From Epithemia pelagica (taxonomy: Eukaryota; Protista; Bacillariophyta), in the NCBI GenBank assembly GCA_946965045.2, contig OX337241.1, forward strand, positions 372,001 to 436,000: a stretch of 64,000 bases of DNA, given 5' to 3'. A program made the position numbers and the translations under genes. Under the pieces are notes generated by a model, which had not been told where the DNA came from, ran no database searches, and saw only the letters and a list, made by a program, of their open reading frames with translations. Below, one piece after another: positions 57,877 to 64,000 of this stretch. How positions within the stretch are numbered: position 1 is the stretch's first letter; each line of letters begins with the position of its first letter.

Positions 57877-60800
57877 ATCCACATGTTTTGGAATGTGAAA
57901 CTGTTGTCACTTATAGTCCACGCCATAAGCTATCTGAAACTGCAATGCAATTTGGGTTCGGCAACTTTGATGGTATACTTGATCCTGTTCGACTTGAGGC
58001 TATTGTACTACAAGATTTGGCGCCATTTGTTTCGTGTGAGAACAACTCTAGTATCCACATGTTTTGGAATGTGAAAATGTTGTCACTTATCGTCCACGTC
58101 AAAAGCTATCTGAAACTGCAATGCAATTTGGGTGCGGCAACTTTGATGGTATACTTGTTCCTGTTCGACTTGAGGCTATTGTACTATAAGATTTGTCGCC
58201 ATTTGTTTCGCGTGAGAACAACTCTAGTATCCACAGGTTTTGGAATGTGAAACTGTTGTCACTAATAGTCCACGCCATAAGGTAGATGATGATGCAATGC
58301 AATTTGGTTCGATAACTTTGATGGTATACTTGTTCCTGTTCGACTTGAGGCTATTGTACTATAAGATTTGTCGCCATTTGTTTCGCGTGAGAACAACTCT
58401 AGTATCCAAAGGTTTTGGAATGTGAAACTATTGTCACTTATAGTCCACGTCATAAGGTAGCTGATAATGCAATGCAATTTGGGTGCGGCAACTTTGATGG
58501 TATACTTGTTCCTGTTCGACTTGAGGCTATTGTACTATAAGATTTGTCGCCATTTGTTTCGCGTGAGAACAACTCTAGAATCCACATGTTTTGGAATGTG
58601 AAAATGTTGTCACTTATAGTCCACGCCCAAAATAAGCTTATGATGCAATGTAATTTGGGTGCGGCAACTTTAATGGTATACTTGCTCCTGTTCGACTTGA
58701 GGCTATTGTACTACAAGATTTGTCGCCATTTGTTTCGCGTGAGAACAACTCTAGAATCCACATGTTTTGGAATGTGAAAATGTTGTCACTTATAGTCCAC
58801 GCCCAAAATAAGCTGATGATGCAATGCAATTTGGGTTCGGCAACTTTGATGGTATACTTGTTCCTGTTCGACTTGAGGCTATTGTACTATAAGATTTGTT
58901 GCCATTTGTTTCGTGTGAGAACAACTCTAGTATCCACATGTTTTGGAATGTCAAACTGTTGTCACTTATCGTCCACGGCATAAGGTAGCTGATGATGCAA
59001 TGCAATTTTGGTGCGGCAACTTTGATGGTATACTTGTTCCTGTTCGACTTGAGGCTATTGTACTATTAGATTTGTCGCCATTTGTTTCGTGTGAGAACAA
59101 CTCTAGTATCCACAGGTTTTGGAATGTGATACTGTCGTCACTTATAGTCCACGCCATAAGCTATCTGAAACTGCAATGCAATTTGGGTGCTGCAACTTTG
59201 ATGGTATACTTGTTCCTGTTCGACTTGAGGCTATTGTACTACAAGATTTGTCGCCATTTGTTTTGCGTGAGAACAACTCTAGAATCCACATGTTTTGGAA
59301 TGTGAAACTGTTGTCACTTATAGTCCACGTCATAAGGTAGCTGAAAATGCAATGCAATTTGGGTTCGGTAACTTTGATGGTATACTTGTTCCTGTTCGAC
59401 TTGAGGCTATTGTACTATTAGATTTGTCGCCATTTGTTTCGCGTGAGAACAACTCTAGTATCCAAAGGTTTTGGAATGTGAAACTGTTGTCACTTATAGT
59501 CCATGTCATAAGGTATCTGATAAATGCAATGCAATTTGGGTGCGGCAACTTTGATGGTATACTTGTTCCTGTTCGACTTGAGGCAATTGTACTATTAGAT
59601 TTGGCGCCATTTGTTTCGTGTGAGAACAACTCTAGTATCCACGTGTTTTGGAATGTGATACTGTTGTCACTTATAGTCCACGCCATAAGGTATCTGATGA
59701 TGGAATGCAATTTGGGTGCTGCAACTTTGATGGTATACTTGTTCCTGTTCGACTTGAGGCTATTGTACTACAAGATTTGTCGCCATTTGTTTTGCGTGAG
59801 AACAACTCTAGAATCCACATGTTTTGGAATGTGAAAATGTTGTCACTTATAGTCCACGCCAAAAAAAGGCTGATGATGCAATGCAATTTTGGTGCGGCAA
59901 CATTGATGGTATACTTGTTCCTGTTCGACTTGAGGCTATTGTACTATAAGATTTGTCGCCATTTGTTTCGCGTGAGAACAACTCTAGTATCCAAAGGTTT
60001 TGGAATGTGAAACTGTTGTCACTTATAGTCCATGTCATAAGGTATCTGATGATGCAATGCAATTTGGGTGCGGCAACTTTGATGGTATACTTGTTCCTGT
60101 TCGACTTGAGGCTATTGTACTATTAGATTTGTCGCCATTTGTTTCGCGTGAGAACAACTCTAGTATCCAAAGGTTTTGGAATATGAAACTGTTGTCACTT
60201 ATAGTCCACGCCATAAGGTATCTAATAATGTAATGCAATTTGGGCTCGGTAACTTTGATGGTATACTTGTTCATGTTGGACTCGAGGCTATTGTACTACA
60301 AGATTTGTCGCCATTTGTTTCGCGTGAGAACAACTCTAGTATCCAAAGGTTTTGGAATGTGAAACTGTTGTCACTTATAGTCCATGTAATAAGGTATCTG
60401 ATAAATGCAATGCAATTTGGGTGCGGCAACTTTGATGGTATACTTGTTCCTGTTCGACTTGAGGCTATTGTACTATAAGATTTGTCGCGATTTGTTTCGC
60501 GTGAGAACAACTCTAGTATCCAAAGGTTTTGGAATATGAAACTGTTGTCACTTATAGTCCACGCCATAAGGTATCTAATAATGTAATGCAATTTGGGCTC
60601 GGTAACTTTGATGGTATACTTGTTCCTGTTCGACTTGAGGCTATTGTACTATTAGATTTGTTGCCATTTGTTTCGCGTGAGAACAACTCTAGTATCCAAA
60701 GGTTTTGGAATGTGAAAATGTTGTCACTTATCGTCCACGCCAAAAGGTAGCTGATAATGCAATGCAATTTGGGTGTGGCAACTTTGATGGTATACTTGTT

Positions 60801-63800
60801 CCTGTTCGACTTGAGGCTATTGGAATGTCAAACTGTTGACACTTATCGTCCACGCCAAAAGCTATCTGAAACTGCAATGCAATTTGGGTTCGGTAACTTT
60901 GATGGTATACTTGTTCATGTTGGACTCGAGGCTATTGTACTACAAGATTTGTCGCCATTTGTTTCGCGTAAGAACAACTCTAGTATCCAAAGGTTTTGGA
61001 ATGTGAAAATGTTGTCACTTATAGTCCACACCATAAGGTATCTGATGATGCAATGCAATTTGGGGCGGCAACTTTAATGGTATACTTGTTCCTGTTCGAC
61101 TTGAGACTATTGTACTATAAGATTTGTCGCCATTTGTTTCGCGTGAGAACAACTCTAGAATCCACATGTTTTGGAATGTGAAACTGTTGTCACTTAAAGT
61201 CCACGCAAAAAAAAAACTGATGATGCAATGCAATTTGGGTTCGGTAACTTTGATGGTATACTTGTTCCTGTTGGACTTGAGGCTATTGTACTATAAGATT
61301 TGTCGCGATTTGTTTCGCGTGAGAACAACTCTAGTATCCACAGGTTTTGGAATGTGAAAATGTTGTCACTTATCGTCCACGCCAAAAGGTAGCTGATAAT
61401 GCAATGCAATTTGGGTGTGGCAACTTTGATGGTATACTTGTTCCTGTTCGACTTGAGGCTATTGTACTACAAGATTTGTCGCCATTTGTTTCGCATGAGA
61501 ACAACTCTAGTATCCAAAGGTTTTGGAATGTGAAACTGTTGTCACTTATAGTCCACGCCATAAGGTATCTGATGATGCAATGCAATTTGGGTGCGGCAAC
61601 TTTGATGGTATACTTGTTCCTGTTCGACTTGAGGCTATTGTACTATAAGATTTGTCGCCATTTGTTTCGCGTGAGAGTAACTCTAGTATCCACATGTTTT
61701 GGAATGTGAAAATGTTGTCACTTATAGTCCGCACCATAAGGTATATGATGATGCAATGCAATTTGGGTTCGGTAACTTTGATGGTATACTTGTTCCTGTT
61801 CGACTTGAGGCAATTGTACTATTAGATTTGGCGCCATTTGTTTCGTGTGAGAACAACTCTAGTATCCAAAGGTTTTGGAATGTGAAACTGTTGTCACTTA
61901 TCGTCCACGTCATAAGGTATCTGATGATGCAATGCAATTTGGGTTCGGTAACTTTGATGGTATACTTGTTCCTGTTCGACTTGAAGCTATTGTAATACAA
62001 GATTTGTCGCCATTTGTTTCGCGTGAGAACAACTCTAGAATCCACATGTTTTGGAATGTGAAAATGTTGTCACTTATAGTCCACGTCATAAGGTAGCTGA
62101 TGATGCAATGCATTTTGGGTGCGGCAACTTTAATGGTATACTTGTTCCTGTTCGACTTGAGACTATTGTACTATAAGATTTGTTGCCATTTGTTTCGTGT
62201 GAGAACAACTCTAGTATCCAAAGGTTTTGGAATGTGAAAATGTTGTCACTTATCGTCCACGCCATAAGGTATCTGATGATGCAATGCAATTTGGGTTCGG
62301 TAACTTTGATGGTATACTTGTTCATGTTGGACTCGAGGCTATTGTACTACAAGATTTGTCGCCATTCGTTTCGCGTGAGAACAACTCTAGTATCCACAGG
62401 TTTTGGTATGTGAAACTGTTGTCACTTATAGTCCACGCCCAAAATAAGCATATGATGCAATGCAATATGGGTGCGGCTACTTTAATGGTATACTTGTTCC
62501 TGTTTGACTTGAGGCTATTGTACTATAAGATTTGTCGCCATTTGTTTCGCGTGAGAACAACTCTAGAATCCAAAGGTTTTGGAATGTGAAACTGTTGTCA
62601 CTTATAGTCCGCGCCATAAGGTAGCTGATAATGCAATGCAATTTAGGTTCGGTAACTTTGATGGTATACTTGTTCATGTTGGACTCGAGGCTATTGTACT
62701 ACAAGATTTGTCGCCATTTGTTTCGCGTGAGAACAACTCTAGTATCCACAGGTTTTGGAATGTGAAACTGTTGTCACTTATAGTCCACGTCATAAGGTAG
62801 ATGATGATGCAATGCAATTTAGGTTCGGTAACTTTGATGGTATACTTGTTCCTGTTCGACTTGAGGCTATTGTACTATTAGATTTGTTGCCATTTGTTTC
62901 GCGTGAGAACAACTCTAGTATCCAAAGGTTTTGGAATGTGAAACTGTTGTCACTTATCGTCCACGCCAAAAGGTAGCTGATAATGCAATGCAATTTGGGT
63001 GTGGCAACTTTGATGGTATACTTGTTCCTGTTCGACTTGAGGCTATTGGAATGTCAAACTGTTGTCACTTATCGTCCACGCCAAAAGGTAGCTGATAATG
63101 CAATGCAATTTGGGTTCGGCAACTTTGATGGTATACTTGTTCCTGTTCGACTTGAGGCTATTGTACTATAAGATTTGTCGCCATTTGTTTCGCGTGAGAA
63201 CAACTCTAGTATCCAAAGGTTTTGGAATGTCAAACTGTTGTCACTAATAGTCCACGCCAAAAGGTAGCTGATGATGCAATGCAATTTGGGTGCGGCAACT
63301 TTGATGGTATACTTGTTCCTGCTCGACTTGAGGCTATTGTACTACAAGATTTGTCGCCATTTGTTTCGCGTGAGAACAACTCTAGTATCCAAAGGTTTTG
63401 GAATGTGAAAATGTTGTCACTTATCGTCCACGCCAAAAGGTAGCTGATGATGCAATGCAATTTGGGTGCGGCAACTTTGATGGTATACTTGTTCATGTTG
63501 GACTTGAGGCTATTGTACTATAAGATTTGTCGCGATTTGTTTCGCGTGAGAACAACTCTAGTATCCACATGTTTTGGAATGTGAAACTGGTGTCACTTAT
63601 AGTCCACGCCATAAGCTATCTGAAACTGCAATGCAATTTGGGTTCGGCAACTTTGATGGTATACTTGTTCCTGTTCGACTTGAGGCTATTGGACTACAAG
63701 ATTTGTCGCCATTTGTTTCGTGTGAGAACAACTCTAGTATCCACATGTTTTGGAATGTGAAAATGTTGTCACTTATCGTCCACGCCAAAAGCTATCTGAA

Positions 63801-64000
63801 ACTGCAATGCACTTTGGGTGCGGCAACTTTGATGGTATACTTGTTCCTGTTCGACTTGAGGCTATTGTACTATAAGATTTGTCGCCATTTGTTTCGCGTG
63901 AGAACAACTCTAGTATCCAAAGGTTTTGGAATGTGAAACTGTTGTCACTTATTAACCACGCCATAAGGTAGATGATGATGCAATGCAATTTGGTTCGGTA
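57871..64000 (+). repeat. Tandem satellite array, 176-bp monomer, about 35 units, continues past the window end
   Basis: The unit TCTAGTATCCACATGTTTTGGAATGTGAAA...GTGAGAACAAC starts at 57871 and recurs at 58047 (176 bp) and onward. About 41% GC in the first unit. Units are head-to-tail, with occasional 1-bp length variants and two 115-bp deleted units. Confidence 0.98.

Noticed and set aside
57883-63988. Dozens of 60-180 aa ORFs on both strands in the final 6 kb
   Set aside because: They are by-products of the 176-bp repeat. The unit is not a multiple of 3, so frames shift every unit, and variants add or remove stops freely.
57871-64000. CRISPR-like reading of the array (constant parts plus a variable window)
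   Set aside because: The variable window holds a few recurring point-variant alleles, not unique spacers. Eukaryotic context, and no cas genes.
1-64000. tRNA, rRNA, telomeric repeats or transposase/reverse-transcriptase genes
   Set aside because: None recognised by eye. tRNAscan-SE, Infernal and RepeatMasker runs would be needed to exclude them.

Overview
Gene-dense eukaryotic nuclear DNA, most likely from a pennate diatom. That is inferred from short GT-AG introns, poly-Q/T/S/N-rich proteins, signal-plus-transit plastid presequences, an HSF gene, ankyrin-like (G-x-LPLH) repeat genes and PPR-like genes. Bases 1-56,000 hold about 18 intact genes: PXA-RUN-PX-nexin protein, PAS-like protein, sulfotransferase, beta-helix GH141-like protein, dual-specificity phosphatase, truncated J-domain protein, HSF, MIF-like protein, PP1, two PPR-like paralogs, fibrillin, ankyrin-like protein, SEC63, FadH-type 2,4-dienoyl-CoA reductase and a few unknowns. 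Two genes are disrupted: an ankyrin-like pseudogene that the ORF track does not show, and a DOMON/copper monooxygenase with one in-frame TAA. The most unusual part is 56.4-64 kb. It is a patchwork of (i) an inverted 369-bp copy from the dienoyl-CoA reductase gene, (ii) a 254-bp mitochondrial cob fragment (NUMT) and (iii) a 574-bp copy of the 3' end of the J-domain gene 30 kb away. An inverted-repeat/hairpin/CTAG junction resembling a Helitron 3' end follows, then at least 6.1 kb (about 35 units) of a 176-bp tandem satellite that runs off the window. All alignments and counts were done by eye, and family assignments come from remembered motifs, not database searches.
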